From a virus (Duplodnaviria; Caudoviricetes), in the IMG/VR virus record IMGVR_UViG_3300050011_000298, positions 1 to 59,098 of that record: a stretch of DNA of 59,098 nucleotides. One strand, written 5' to 3'. Below are positions 18,725 to 29,107 of this stretch, piece after piece. Position 1 is the first letter of the stretch, and the number at the start of each line of letters is the position of its first letter. A program made the translations under genes and the position numbers. The notes under the pieces are model-generated. The model was not told the origin of the DNA, did not search any database, and saw only the letters and a list, made by a program, of their open reading frames with translations.

Positions 18725-19438
18725 TTAGAACACATCGTACTCATGATTTTTGTGACGTGGGAATTCTAACAGAAGTGAGGCCGTGACCCCACCACCAAAT
18801 GCAGTGGCTCGGGGGCAAGGTCCGCCATTAGGTCCACCTGTTACTCCGAATGTTGAGTCGCAGATGGGGTTTCCTTGGGTTTTTACCGCGCCAAATACAA
18901 AGTCTTCCGACGTGCGGACGCAGAACGCGCCGACACACCCGAATCGCGCAGTAAACCCGAAGTCTGCGCCTTGTAGATGACTAGATTCCAGTCCTGATGG
19001 ACTGATCCCATTATTAAATTGCCTGATGTAATCGAACGAGAATCGTGCAGGTAATCCGCCGACGACCGCGCGATAGGTGAGCCCGCCGAAAGCATAGTCC
19101 GCATCCTTCGTCACTTTCGTGACGTTGTAGGCAGAGTCTTCGACGCGACCGTTAATTCCCCACGACGGACTGAACCAAATCTGCCCGCCCACCGATGCGA
19201 TGTTTGCACGGCCAGCGCCGAGCGAGACATGCGATTCGATAGGAGAGAAGGTATCCTGCAGGTCCAGTTCATAGTGCTTGGCGAACGGCACTTCGAGCCC
19301 AGCTTGAACGCCGAAGCTGTAGTTGTCGAAGCTATCGCCGCCAGACGCGCCGAGCAGAACGCGGGTCTGTGCGTTCGAGTGCGCGGGGATCAGGAATGCA
19401 ATAAATAAAGCGAGTACAATCAGGATTCTATTTCTCAT
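18725..19438 (-). CDS. Secreted, probable outer-membrane beta-barrel protein
   Basis: GGAGG RBS; signal peptide; alternating amphipathic strands. Confidence 0.55.
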   Translation of the reverse strand: MRNRILIVLALFIAFLIPAHSNAQTRVLLGASGGDSFDNYSFGVQAGLEVPFAKHYELDLQDTFSPIESHVSLGAGRANIASVGGQIWFSPSWGINGRVEDSAYNVTKVTKDADYAFGGLTYRAVVGGLPARFSFDYIRQFNNGISPSGLESSHLQGADFGFTARFGCVGAFCVRTSEDFVFGAVKTQGNPICDSTFGVTGGPNGGPCPRATAFGGGVTASLLLEFPRHKNHEYDVF

Positions 19439-19482
19439 GTTGCCTCCAAAGGACCGCTTAGCGGCGCGGGGTGCCGACGAAA

Positions 19483-20343
19483 TTAATACTTTTCTGCTTC
19501 GATGCGCGAAATGAAAAAATGAATGCCGCCTCCGCACTCTACCCAACGGTCTTCATTCCAGACGTTGCAAGTGACGGTCTCGCCTTTGCGATAGGTAGTT
19601 TTGTTGTCGTGCGTTGAGATGCCGACTTCGGCCCCAAATACTTGAATTACTTTGACAAATTCGGCTCGGCACTTGCGTCCCGAAGCATTTGATTTGCGGG
19701 CTTTGGCTGGAATCAAAAGTTTGACAATGATATTGTTTCGGCATTTTTTCCAGCCAATGATTGGACCTTCAGGTAAGATGTTCAACTCTGCAGCAGCCCG
19801 TTCGGGGATATTCTCGGCTCCGTACAGGACGGCTCCGTTCAGGTCGGCTCCGTTCAGGTTGGCTCTGTACAGGTTGGCTCCGTTCAGGTTGGCTCCGTTC
19901 AGGTTGGCTCCGTTCAGGTCGGCTCCGTTCAGGTCGGCTCCGTTCAGGACGGCTCTGTACAGGTTGGCTCCGTTCAGGTCGGCTCCGTTCAGGTTGGCTC
20001 TGTACAGGTTGGCTCCGTTCAGGTCGGCTCCGTTCAGGTTGGCTCTGTACAGGTTGGCTCCGTACAGGTTGGCTCCGTACAGGACGGCTCCGTTCAGGTT
20101 GGCTCCGTTCAGGTTGGCTCCGTTCAGGTCGGCTCCGTTCAGGTTGGCTCTGTACAGGTTGGCTCCGTTCAGGTTGGCTCCGTTCAGGTTGGCTCCGTTC
20201 AGGTCGGCTCCGTTCAGGTTGGCTCTGTACAGGTTGGCTCCGTTCAGGTTGGCTCTGGCTTTTACCGCAGCAACAACCAAATCTTTGATGGTATCGACAC
20301 CCGCTGAATATAAGATCAGTCCATAAATTGATTTTAATTCCAT
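19483..20343 (-). CDS. Pentapeptide-repeat protein with C-terminal DUF5758-like domain
   Basis: About 29 A(N/D)L(N/Y)(G/R) repeats; IVKLLIP..A.RS.A.GRKCRA...W.EC.GGIHFF. Confidence 0.9.
   Translation of the reverse strand: MELKSIYGLILYSAGVDTIKDLVVAAVKARANLNGANLYRANLNGADLNGANLNGANLNGANLYRANLNGADLNGANLNGANLNGAVLYGANLYGANLYRANLNGADLNGANLYRANLNGADLNGANLYRAVLNGADLNGADLNGANLNGANLNGANLYRANLNGADLNGAVLYGAENIPERAAAELNILPEGPIIGWKKCRNNIIVKLLIPAKARKSNASGRKCRAEFVKVIQVFGAEVGISTHDNKTTYRKGETVTCNVWNEDRWVECGGGIHFFISRIEAEKY
19816..20256. repeat. 15-bp tandem array (GGCTCCGTTCAGGTT variants) encoding the pentapeptide repeats
   Basis: Near-perfect 15-mers seen directly. Confidence 0.95.
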
Positions 20344-20365
20344 TTGCGTTGCCTCCATGTAAATC

Positions 20366-20409
20366 ATTATAGGATAGAAGTCTGAAATTAGCAATAGTAC
20401 GAAAGTACT
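20366..20409 (-). promoter_or_regulatory. Sigma70-type promoter with GTAC-N4-GTAC box
   Basis: AGTACTTTCGTACT-A-TTGCTA-17-TATAAT. Confidence 0.75.
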
Positions 20410-20444
20410 GGGGCCAGGCAAACTGAACCTGACCCCGTACTTGA

Positions 20445-21665
20445 CTAGCGGACGTATATTTCGACGGTTCTGGCGGTGCCCGTACCGGATGTGACATCGA
20501 CTCGCTGAGCGGCGACACCGATGCGGGTCAATTGTTTCTTGACATTCTGTGCCCGCGCCAGCGTAGCCGATGAATCCTCCTGGGGGTTGCGATTGCCAAC
20601 CAACAGGATAGACGATTCGGGGTGAGTCTTCAAAAGTTGCGCGACCGCCGCCAGCATTTTTTCGCAGACGGTAGTGACGCGCAGCGGATTGGTGGATGAA
20701 ATCAGAGCGCAGGTTTGCCCTGAACTGAATGTGCAGATGCCGACGAGTTGTGCTTCTGGCGCAACAGGCACGTCAGGTTCGGGCACAACAACGGGCTCGG
20801 GCACTTCGACGACAGGTGCAGGGACGACCACAACAGGCGCCACGACGACGGGCGCGGTGACAGCGATGATGACAGGCTCAGGCAGGCAATCGGCCAGCGT
20901 AACGCCAGCCTTCTTGACATACTTGTCCGTCAGCAGCACCTTGCACTGAGCGAGACGACTGACGCCATTGAACGCTCGGGCGGTCTCTAGTATCGCGCAG
21001 TTCTCGTCGATCTTCCCGCCACCGAAACTGACACCCAAAGGCGCGGTCTGTGCGCTGCCGCCAAAACCTTTGAAGCATGTTACGGTCGGTAGAATCGGCG
21101 GGGTGATCGCGGACGCGACAGGAATTTTAGGCGCCGCGATGTTCGTCGTCGAATCGTTCGAATTATTTCCGTTGCCGACACCGTTGCCAGAAGCGGAAGA
21201 TGCGTTGTTGTTGGAGGATGTGTTCGATTGGGTTTGCTGTTGACCCTGCGATTGCTTTTGCTTCTGGTCATTGCTGGTGTTGACAGAATTCAGATTCGTG
21301 GAGTTGCCTGAGTTACTGACACCTGCCGTCGAATTTGAATTGCTGGTTGCCGTCCCACCTGTTGCGGTGGCCGAGGCTTTGTTGTTGTTGGTGTTCGCAT
21401 TATTGTTTGCGTTCGTGTTCGCGTTCGAGTTGGTATTGGTGTTGGTGGTCGGGCTGGTCGTCGATGGCGGCGGAAGAATTTCGCATTCAAACGTCAGACC
21501 GCCGTCTACTACTATCTGGCCGAGCCCATCGCCTGTACCTTGCGCTGTGACCGTTCCGTTTGGAACCTGGACACGGATCGCGTTTGGTGTGGTGCAGTTC
21601 CATGCAAATGCGGGAGAGATTGAAGCGAAGAACAGAATTACTCCGAACAGAAATTTCTTACACAT
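20445..21665 (-). CDS. Secreted protein with Asn/Thr/Ser linker and C-terminal OmpA-like domain
   Basis: Signal peptide; L..VA.LLK.HP...ILLVG...RAQNVK..L...GV...RV. Confidence 0.7.
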   Translation of the reverse strand: MCKKFLFGVILFFASISPAFAWNCTTPNAIRVQVPNGTVTAQGTGDGLGQIVVDGGLTFECEILPPPSTTSPTTNTNTNSNANTNANNNANTNNNKASATATGGTATSNSNSTAGVSNSGNSTNLNSVNTSNDQKQKQSQGQQQTQSNTSSNNNASSASGNGVGNGNNSNDSTTNIAAPKIPVASAITPPILPTVTCFKGFGGSAQTAPLGVSFGGGKIDENCAILETARAFNGVSRLAQCKVLLTDKYVKKAGVTLADCLPEPVIIAVTAPVVVAPVVVVPAPVVEVPEPVVVPEPDVPVAPEAQLVGICTFSSGQTCALISSTNPLRVTTVCEKMLAAVAQLLKTHPESSILLVGNRNPQEDSSATLARAQNVKKQLTRIGVAAQRVDVTSGTGTARTVEIYVR

Positions 21666-22007
21666 ATAGTTAGCACCGCTCTAGTGGGATTTGACTCCAG
21701 AGTCATAGTACTAAAATCTGCAGGATTGTCAAGGAAATACCACAAAAAGAAATCGCTTGACACGCAGTGCTTGATTTTGGTACTCTGCGCGTGCAGGAGA
21801 AAATCATGCCAGAACCAGCGATACATGCAGACGCATTCAAATTGTTTTGTGGATTGACAGGACGTGACCGGACAAAATATTCAAACGTCCCGCTGATGTT
21901 GGAATTCGCAGAGTGGTATCATACGGAGATGGTTCGTCTCTTCGCTATTGAGCCGCAATCAAAACCTGTTCCATCTCGGCGCCCGAACTGCTATTGAGGA
22001 GAACACT

Positions 22008-22367
22008 ATGAACGATCAATGTAATTTTTGCGGCAGTTTCGAAGATATTCTGCCCTGTTCCCATTGTCTGCGGGATAGCTGCAAGCGGTGCCAATTAAAT
22101 CACGCGCCTTTTTGCGAGCAGGTACAGAAGAGCATTCAGCGCGGCGAAGGTCCGACCGTTGCGAACGCTGGTCTGCCTGAACATCGGGCAGGGCATGTAG
22201 CCCCGCCGTTCACGCCTGCCGACCGTCCGTTTATGGTCAGTTCGCGAATCGTCGAGTCTACGCTGATCCAGATTCCTTCGGCGGCGCCCGTTGAGTGGGA
22301 AACGCAGGTCATTTCGCCGACAGACGTGGGGCTGCTGGCCGTCGAAGATTTGCTAGGCGAAGAGTAA
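22008..22367 (+). CDS. Cys-rich zinc-finger hypothetical protein
   Basis: GAGGAG RBS; CNFC, CSHC, CKRC. Confidence 0.55.
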   Translation: MNDQCNFCGSFEDILPCSHCLRDSCKRCQLNHAPFCEQVQKSIQRGEGPTVANAGLPEHRAGHVAPPFTPADRPFMVSSRIVESTLIQIPSAAPVEWETQVISPTDVGLLAVEDLLGEE

Positions 22368-22386
22368 GACTTCCTATTCCATAAGT
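22367..22386 (+). promoter_or_regulatory. Putative late promoter (copy 3)
   Basis: AGACT tcctattc CATAAGT before GTG 22399. Confidence 0.8.
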
Positions 22387-22398
22387 GAGGACACGCGC

Positions 22399-22764
22399 GT
22401 GATTCAACTACCCTTTAGTCAGCGAACCGTTTCCGCCACCTGCGTGTTTGCGTGCGTATTCGTTGCGTCGCCGATGCAAGGTGCGAGGCAGTTCACGTCA
22501 GACGTGCCGACCATCTCGGCGTTACAACTCTATTATGCGCAATTGAATCGCGAATACCATATTCTCCGACACCAGGACGTTGCGAATCAAGCTGTGGTTT
22601 TGGATGCGGTTATCGCGCAAGCAATCACGACAGTCGCCGGGCTCAGTGCGCTGGTTAACAGTATTGTGCAAACGACCAATCCGAACAAGGCGCAGTTGGC
22701 CCTCATGCAAGAAGTCGTAGCGAACGCGTTTATAAGTTTGAAGGCAGTGCAGAGCGATGAATAG
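22399..22764 (+). CDS. Hypothetical protein
   Basis: GAGG RBS after the late motif. Confidence 0.55.
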   Translation: MIQLPFSQRTVSATCVFACVFVASPMQGARQFTSDVPTISALQLYYAQLNREYHILRHQDVANQAVVLDAVIAQAITTVAGLSALVNSIVQTTNPNKAQLALMQEVVANAFISLKAVQSDE

Positions 22765-23581
22765 CACTATTGCCGAACATCTTACGGTGGCTGAGCGGTA
22801 CGCGATTTTGCGTGGCCAATACCCAATTCAACGAGGAGACCCCGATATGACGATTCAATTGACCAATGAGCAAATTGTACGATTACTGCATTTGTGTGGA
22901 GTTATCGCAAAGATTCAACAGGAACTTCCCGCTCCCCCGCCAGGCTTCGAGGTCGATCTGGAAATTGCGAAACATCTTCGGTCGAGCATCGAAGCGAAAA
23001 ATGATGTGCTGGTCGAACTCGGAGCACTACTCGGATGATTATCGTGTGGATACTCTATGCGATCACCCCTCCCGTCATCTCTGTGCCTATAGGGATGCTG
23101 GCGGAATGGATTTGTCGGAAGTTGCGACGGTAGCATCAGCAAGAATACTCACAGCCCAACTCGTTCCAGTCTGAATTTCCCAGGCGTAATTGCGGAAGAG
23201 CAGAGCGGTCACGCTTTCGCCGCGAGCCTCCGCACGGTCGGCGGACGCGAGCCAGTCCTGCACTCTCTTGTCCGTGAATGCTGCGATTCTCTCTTGTGCG
23301 CTGGTCCGTAATTTTTCCATTATTGCGCCGCCTTCCGAGGGGATCGAAACGCCGAGAGCATACCCCCCAGCACGAATCCCAGAACGATTGAGCCTCCGAA
23401 CCAAACGCCTGCCGCCAGTAAAAGTGTGCGAATCATCGTGTTGCCTCCTGAAACATAATGTAATCGATTGCCTCGCGGCGCAGGTCAAAACCGCAAATGT
23501 ATTCATCTCCTAGATAGACGTGCCAGCGCAATACGGTTGTCGCATGATTTCTTTGCCTGACGATGCGGTAGCGGTGGGGGT

Positions 23582-23752
23582 TCATGACCGCACCGCGCGG
23601 TCGAAGATTTCGCCCACCCTGGCGTTGTACGCTTGCATGTAGGGGTTGTCGTCAGAGAAGACCACGAACTTAGAATCAGTCGGGATGTTCTCCAGTTCGC
23701 AAGCCTTGTTCCAGAGGGCCTTCAGCGTCAGGTACTTTTCGTTGAGTTCCAT
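23582..23752 (-). CDS. Small hypothetical protein (MELNEKY...)
   Basis: GGAGG RBS; GTAC-box promoter upstream. Confidence 0.6.
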   Translation of the reverse strand: MELNEKYLTLKALWNKACELENIPTDSKFVVFSDDNPYMQAYNARVGEIFDRAVRS

Positions 23753-23774
23753 GTGTGTTGCCTCCATGTCAATC

Positions 23775-23818
23775 ATCTTACCAAATCACTTCGGCACGGG
23801 CAATGGTACGAAGGTACT
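23775..23818 (-). promoter_or_regulatory. Sigma70-type promoter with GTAC-N4-GTAC box
   Basis: AGTACCTTCGTACC-A-TTGCCC-17-TAAGAT. Confidence 0.75.
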
Positions 23819-23904
23819 GTTTTACTAGTACAGGCCGTCTGCGAGTTTCAGCAGCCCGTACCAAACAAGGAGCGCCAGCAATAGATAACTCAATGGCCAC
23901 CAAA

Positions 23905-24117
23905 TCACGATGCCACGCCAATCTTCGTGAATTCGTTCCCAGGGATTAGAACAGCCTCGAACCCGTCATCATATCGGACGGTCACGGCATGGATTTTGAT
24001 GCTGGCGTTGATGGTGGCCGTACCGAGAACCGTCCCACGGTGTTTGCTGGTATTGTGTTGGACGCGGTCGCCGACCTGGATTTTAATGACCTTTGATGCG
24101 AATAGTTTTTTCAACAT
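23905..24117 (-). CDS. Small SH3/KOW-like protein
   Basis: IQVGDRVQH....RGTV....VTVRYDDG. Confidence 0.5.
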   Translation of the reverse strand: MLKKLFASKVIKIQVGDRVQHNTSKHRGTVLGTATINASIKIHAVTVRYDDGFEAVLIPGNEFTKIGVAS

Positions 24118-24401
24118 TATCGCACCGCCGTGACGGCGAGAATGATATTTTTCAGCGCGAACACGTCACTGCAGAAATTGCTGGCGGCTTCTAGCGTCGC
24201 GAAGTAAACAAACCGCTCACCCCGTCGATTGAAGCCCGTGCTAACTTTGTAACTGGCGTTCTTTTTCGTTGTCATGGTGCCTCCTCTTTCGATGTATACA
24301 TTCTCTCAAATGCAAGCGGGAGAGACAATAGACCGAAAGTACCAAAGATTGGGCTTGACAGTAGTACGAGCATTTGGTACTCTGGTTCAGGTAGGCAATT
24401 T

Positions 24402-25016
24402 ATGGCGGGCTATACAAAAGCACAAAGACGGGCGCAGCAATCTGCCACAGCAGGGCATCGGTGCGGGAAACTCATGAAGAAAGGGCTCATGACTGAGCGG
24501 CGACCCTGCATGCTTTCAGTTAAGCATGGCGGATATCATTCTCCTGACTTGATGGGCATGCGGTTCCATAACTTGAAAGTTGTTGCTGTGGGGACGCCGC
24601 GCGTGCGGCGCATAGGGAGCCCTTTATTCACATGGACATGTCGCAGTCTTGCAGGACACGTTCATCCAAACATTGAAGTGCATGCGCTTCTGTTTGGGAA
24701 GTCACAAGGAAGGCACGTACCATATGGACTGGGATATCTCAATGCGGGCGGGTATCGTAAAATTCGGTATGATGGTCGCCAAATGTTGGAGCACCGTGTC
24801 GTTATGTCCAAAATCCTCGGGCGGGCGCTTCGTTCGGACGAGCATGTCCATCATGGCCCGAAGGGTCGCGCCTGTAACGACCCCGATAATCTAAGCATTC
24901 GACTTGTAGGCAAACATCCCCAGGGACATAGCGTTGAAGAACTGGCGGATTGGTTGCGTGGTTTGGGATGCATAGTGGAAATCCCAACCCATCTTTTAGA
25001 TTGGAGTGTGTCATGA
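24402..25016 (+). CDS. HNH endonuclease (HNH_3-like)
   Basis: GYR....EHRVVM...LGR.L...EHVHH......NDPDNL; TTGACA-17-TACTCT promoter at 24355-24383. Confidence 0.85.
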   Translation: MAGYTKAQRRAQQSATAGHRCGKLMKKGLMTERRPCMLSVKHGGYHSPDLMGMRFHNLKVVAVGTPRVRRIGSPLFTWTCRSLAGHVHPNIEVHALLFGKSQGRHVPYGLGYLNAGGYRKIRYDGRQMLEHRVVMSKILGRALRSDEHVHHGPKGRACNDPDNLSIRLVGKHPQGHSVEELADWLRGLGCIVEIPTHLLDWSVS

Positions 25017-25201
25017 CCACCAGAACACCAGAGAGCCGTATGCGCGGAGTTGCGTGGGATTTTGATGGATGCGCTATAGAACTAGGACAGGAGTCTGCGC
25101 ACTACTTTCGAAAAATCACGTACGAACATCTTCCGCCCGCACGCCAATGCGGTGCCGCGACAGCGAAGCGAAAACAGGTATGAAAACGACACTTGAGAAG
25201 T

Positions 25202-25221
25202 AGACTTTTTAATCCATAAGT
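25202..25221 (+). promoter_or_regulatory. Putative late promoter (copy 4)
   Basis: AGACT ttttaatc CATAAGT. Confidence 0.75.
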
Positions 25222-25248
25222 AGGTGATGTTTCACGGAGATAAGAGCC

Positions 25249-27052
25249 ATGAAGAGCCCAGCACCGTCCATCAAATTGCTGACGAATCGCATCAAGAAAT
25301 TGGAGCATACCATCGTGCTGCTTCAAGAACGCATTCGCGTCCTCGAAGCGCGCCAGCCTTATCTCATTTTGCCCGCGCTGCCGCCCGTGGTCCCCGCGCC
25401 GTTGAATCCGTTCCCTATGCCGTACATCGGCGACACGCCGCCGTACGTCATCACGACCAGCGAAGGGAATTTGTCTATCAACGGCAAGCCTGTGGAACTC
25501 ATGAAGGTACAGTCATGAGCAGCAAACTCCCAGAAAGTGTGAACTTGGACACCAACGGTGTAGTGGTAATCAATACAGGCGTCATCCGCGCCTGGATGCA
25601 CCCGTACTCGTTTCGGGATATATACGGCGAGGAAGCGTATCAAGAACTGTTGAAGCGTCCGCGAGTCCAGAGCGAATACACCGAAGAGGAGTTGAACGAA
25701 AATCATGCGTTCGGTTTTTGTCGAGACCAGCGAGATAATGATTTATGCTCAGATTGTGAAGCGATTCAGGCAAGACGGGGGCAATCATGACCGATGCGCA
25801 GATTCACGGCAGTGAACTGGATAACTGGTGCGTTGTCACGCGCCGCTTTACGGACCTGGAGGACGCGATGGTGAGCGCGCAGGAACTGCTGCATAGGACA
25901 TCCCGCGTGGTGTTGTACCCGGCGCAAACAGGTTGGATGGTGATTGCTCAGTTGTCGATGATGAATTGAGGAGAGCCAATGAGCACAAACAGAACCAAAA
26001 TCGATTGGGCATATAAGCAGGCGCAGAAACTCATTGTGTTGACGCGGACAGGACCTGCGGACAATGTGCTGACTCGACAGGTAGCGGCTGTCCTGCGCCG
26101 TGCCCACCGTCGTGGAGTAAGAGCGGCCAAGGTTTTCAATTCAAGTCGCACGGCGAGGGCGCGAGTCTTCACAAATGACTGTCCGCACGGACTGACAGAT
26201 TCATATCAGTGCGGCGAGTGCGCCATCGAGCGATACTAAATGGCTCAGGATGGAACACAGAGGGGTCGCCAAGCGATTAAACAGCCGCTATATGGGTCGC
26301 CAAGCGATTAAACAGCCGCTATATGGGTACAGAGAGGTCGAGAGGAGCGATTATGATAGGAACTTTAGGACTGATAGCACACATTGCAGGGGCTTTAGTT
26401 GTTGGTACAGTGCTGGGAATCTATCTCGGCATGCAATTGACCGTCACGACGCTGGTACGCCTAGCGAAAAAGCATCAGATGCTGACGGTGTTCAGGCATA
26501 TAGTTGAGTCAGATGCGGCCTATGATTCGCGAATTGCGAAGGCGCTCGAATGAATCCTGGGGGATTGTGATGGCTGAATCAGACAGGCAGCAGGCGATGG
26601 AGCGGTATCTGGGCGTCATGAAGACCATATTGCAGAACCCTGACGCGATGGCGAACGCGGTGGCACAAGGCGTGACCGTCGACTTCTCTTCCATGCTGAC
26701 TGAGCTATACGATGCGTTCGGTATGCCTCAACCGCTTGCGTCGGTTCACCTTGACCGCTACGAAGAGATGAACGAAGACGACAAACAGATGCTACGCGAT
26801 ATGGGCATCAAGCCATAGGAGGATGCGATGATAGAGATGTCCAAGCATAGAGTGTGTGAGCACGGACTGACGACACCCTGCGCTGCGAATGTCGGCATAC
26901 ATGTGATATTTACGCCTGCGCCGCCGCTACGTGAAGGTCAACGTCGCTTGCGCTACATCGAGCGCGCCGTTGACACATTGGGCGGTTATCCTGACCGCTG
27001 TGTGCATAGCAGAGCGTTGGATGTGGATTGCGAATCATGTGGGAGGATGTGA
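25249..27052 (+). other. Run of short overlapping hypothetical ORFs (25249..25518, 25515..25790, 25787..25969, 25979..26239, ~26353..26553, ~26570..26818, 26828..27052)
   Basis: ATGA overlaps and GGAG RBSs; no recognisable domains. Confidence 0.55.
26263..26328 (+). repeat. Perfect 31-bp tandem duplication GGGTCGCCAAGCGATTAAACAGCCGCTATAT
   Basis: Two exact copies plus GGGT, intergenic. Confidence 0.9.
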
Positions 27053-27475
27053 TGCACTGTCCAGCATGTTACGCGCAGAAGCGGTACTGTCGCAAGTGCA
27101 ATACAACTCACTGTCTGTGCTCATGGGCTCGATGCCCTAAAACAAAACGGCCAGCGCAACGTGCGGTTCGGTCTCACTAGATCAGGCTCGGGTTACATTC
27201 GTTGCCTGGCTGTCGGCTAAACCACGCAACGCTAAAGGTTGCACGTTCAGGAGCTAAGGCAGAGGGAGGATGTGATGGTAGTCATAGAGCAGTGTGATTG
27301 TGTTTGCGGTTGCCGTGCTCAAGACGCTGATGCGAGTGTGAAGGATACTGGATGTCAAGCGTGCGGTATCGGCAATCACGATATGGTGTTGTATGCTATT
27401 TTGGTTGACCGACCAACAATGCAGCGCGGGAACGATTGGCGGTATCGTGATGATATGGACATCGCTTAGGATGAT

Positions 27476-27955
27476 GTGATGGGTCAAGCGCAGGACCAAA
27501 GGATTGCTCTCAATCAACTAAGATACGCGGCTTTGCGGATTAATTCAAGGATTATGTATGAAGACTCAATATCTCTTATTTGCGGCAAAGAGTTGATTGC
27601 CAAGAATGGTGTTCATCGAGGGGTATGTACTCTTCCGCTCTACCATAGTCAGTACGGCGGGGCAGGTGGGGGTAATAGACATTGCAATGGTTCATGTTCG
27701 AAGTGTGGTCGATTTATGGTGGAGAATGGCGGGTCACAGCATTGGAAGTTATGCCTCTTCTGTCTTGCGGCTCGCCGCGCCGCATCTCAAAAGGTGCAAC
27801 GTCTACATCACTGGACTGGTGAGATATATGGATTTGTTCATCGGCGGTGTAATCTTGAATGCGAGAACGACGCATATGACCGTCTGTTCGTAGAGAATCG
27901 CAGGTTGCGAGATGAGTTGCAGGTAGCAACAGCAGGCAATTTATGCATAGCGTGA
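27476..27955 (+). CDS. Endonuclease VII-like protein, probably degenerate
   Basis: LHHWTGEIYGFVHRRCN matches the C-terminus of 4019..4594 but lacks the preceding CxxC-HxDH spacing. Confidence 0.5.
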   Translation: MMGQAQDQRIALNQLRYAALRINSRIMYEDSISLICGKELIAKNGVHRGVCTLPLYHSQYGGAGGGNRHCNGSCSKCGRFMVENGGSQHWKLCLFCLAARRAASQKVQRLHHWTGEIYGFVHRRCNLECENDAYDRLFVENRRLRDELQVATAGNLCIA

Positions 27956-28670
27956 GTCAAGCTTTTTCATGCCAAACTCACATTTATTATGTGCGATTTT
28001 GTGGCGCAAAAGACACAAACAGGTGTTGTGTGGTCATTTGACCACGTTTGCTGCGAATAAGCGCGCGAGATTGGTGAGCTCAGCATGTCTCATGCCATCG
28101 CCGACACTCTTTAGTACTGCCGCGAGCAGACACAAATCAAAAATGTCCTTTGTTATGTAGAGGAACATGCCATTCCACCTTTTTGTACTACCTCGCGCCG
28201 CCTGGATGTCCTCATCGCGAGCCGCGTTAAGTGCTGTGCTATCATACACAAGGGGGCAACACGGGCATGCGTGGCGTCCGCTCGGATGTCCTGATTGCAT
28301 CGCGGATCACACAGCACCCATCAACATCAATGGAATCAACGAGATGCGAAATGAGTTCGAGTGTGGACCTCGACGTGTATGGTACTCAACGTGCCTGCGC
28401 TCAGCACGTAGGGGTCCCTTTTCAACTCTTTTTTGGGGTCAAAAGCACCCAAGGGGTCTCTCTACGCTGCAGGGCTTGACACCACGCACGATTATCTTCC
28501 ATTACATCTGCTTACACAGGTAAAAATTTTTGGGAATTATATAGATAACTCCCACAAGTAAACAAACGACTTTAAGTGCCGTGTTTGCGTTAAATATATT
28601 TGGCTGATTTGCAGAATGTACTTGACTCCCGCAAGGTAGTTAGGTATATTGGTTGTAGGAGGCAACACCG

Positions 28671-28895
28671 ATGAAAACGAAATTGGGATTCGAAAACAAA
28701 GAAACGATCTGCACAGAGGAAGCCCGTACCGTCCGTGAACTGATCGACCACTTGGAAGCGTTCTGCAAGCGTGCAGGAACGGACACCGATCTGGTGTACG
28801 TTGAAAACGGCGAGACAGACAACGTGGTGATCCGTCTGATCGAGAACACCCTGACCGATGGCTCCAAGACTTATGATGTGCGGGTGAGCCTATGA
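28671..28895 (+). CDS. IS passenger hypothetical protein
   Basis: AGGAGG RBS inside the TIRs. Confidence 0.7.
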   Translation: MKTKLGFENKETICTEEARTVRELIDHLEAFCKRAGTDTDLVYVENGETDNVVIRLIENTLTDGSKTYDVRVSL

Positions 28896-29107
28896 AAACC
28901 TACAAGGTTACCCTATCTGCTGATGCCCTTGTTTCGGGAGAGGTTGATATTAAGGCCAATTCTCCCGAAGAGGCCCGAGCGAAGGTTCTTGCAATGAAGG
29001 AAGAGGACATCGTGTGGGAAGTTTCTACGCTACACGAATCCGTAGCCAACTGCGGCACCGTTGTCTATCTCGATGGCGAAGAAGTTGGCGAAGCGGCGGG
29101 GTACTAA
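28892..29107 (+). CDS. IS passenger hypothetical protein (MKTYKVT...V.A.S.EEA type)
   Basis: ATGA overlap; acidic 71 aa. Confidence 0.7.
   Translation: MKTYKVTLSADALVSGEVDIKANSPEEARAKVLAMKEEDIVWEVSTLHESVANCGTVVYLDGEEVGEAAGY

Noticed and set aside
19816-20256. 15-bp array as a CRISPR array
   Set aside because: The units are contiguous with no unique spacers and encode in-frame pentapeptide repeats; no cas genes are present
19652-20518. Repetitive ORFs in other frames (APFRL, SGWLR, ERSQP)
   Set aside because: These are shadow frames of the 15-bp array; only the A(N/D)Lxx frame has an RBS, a promoter and a C-terminal domain
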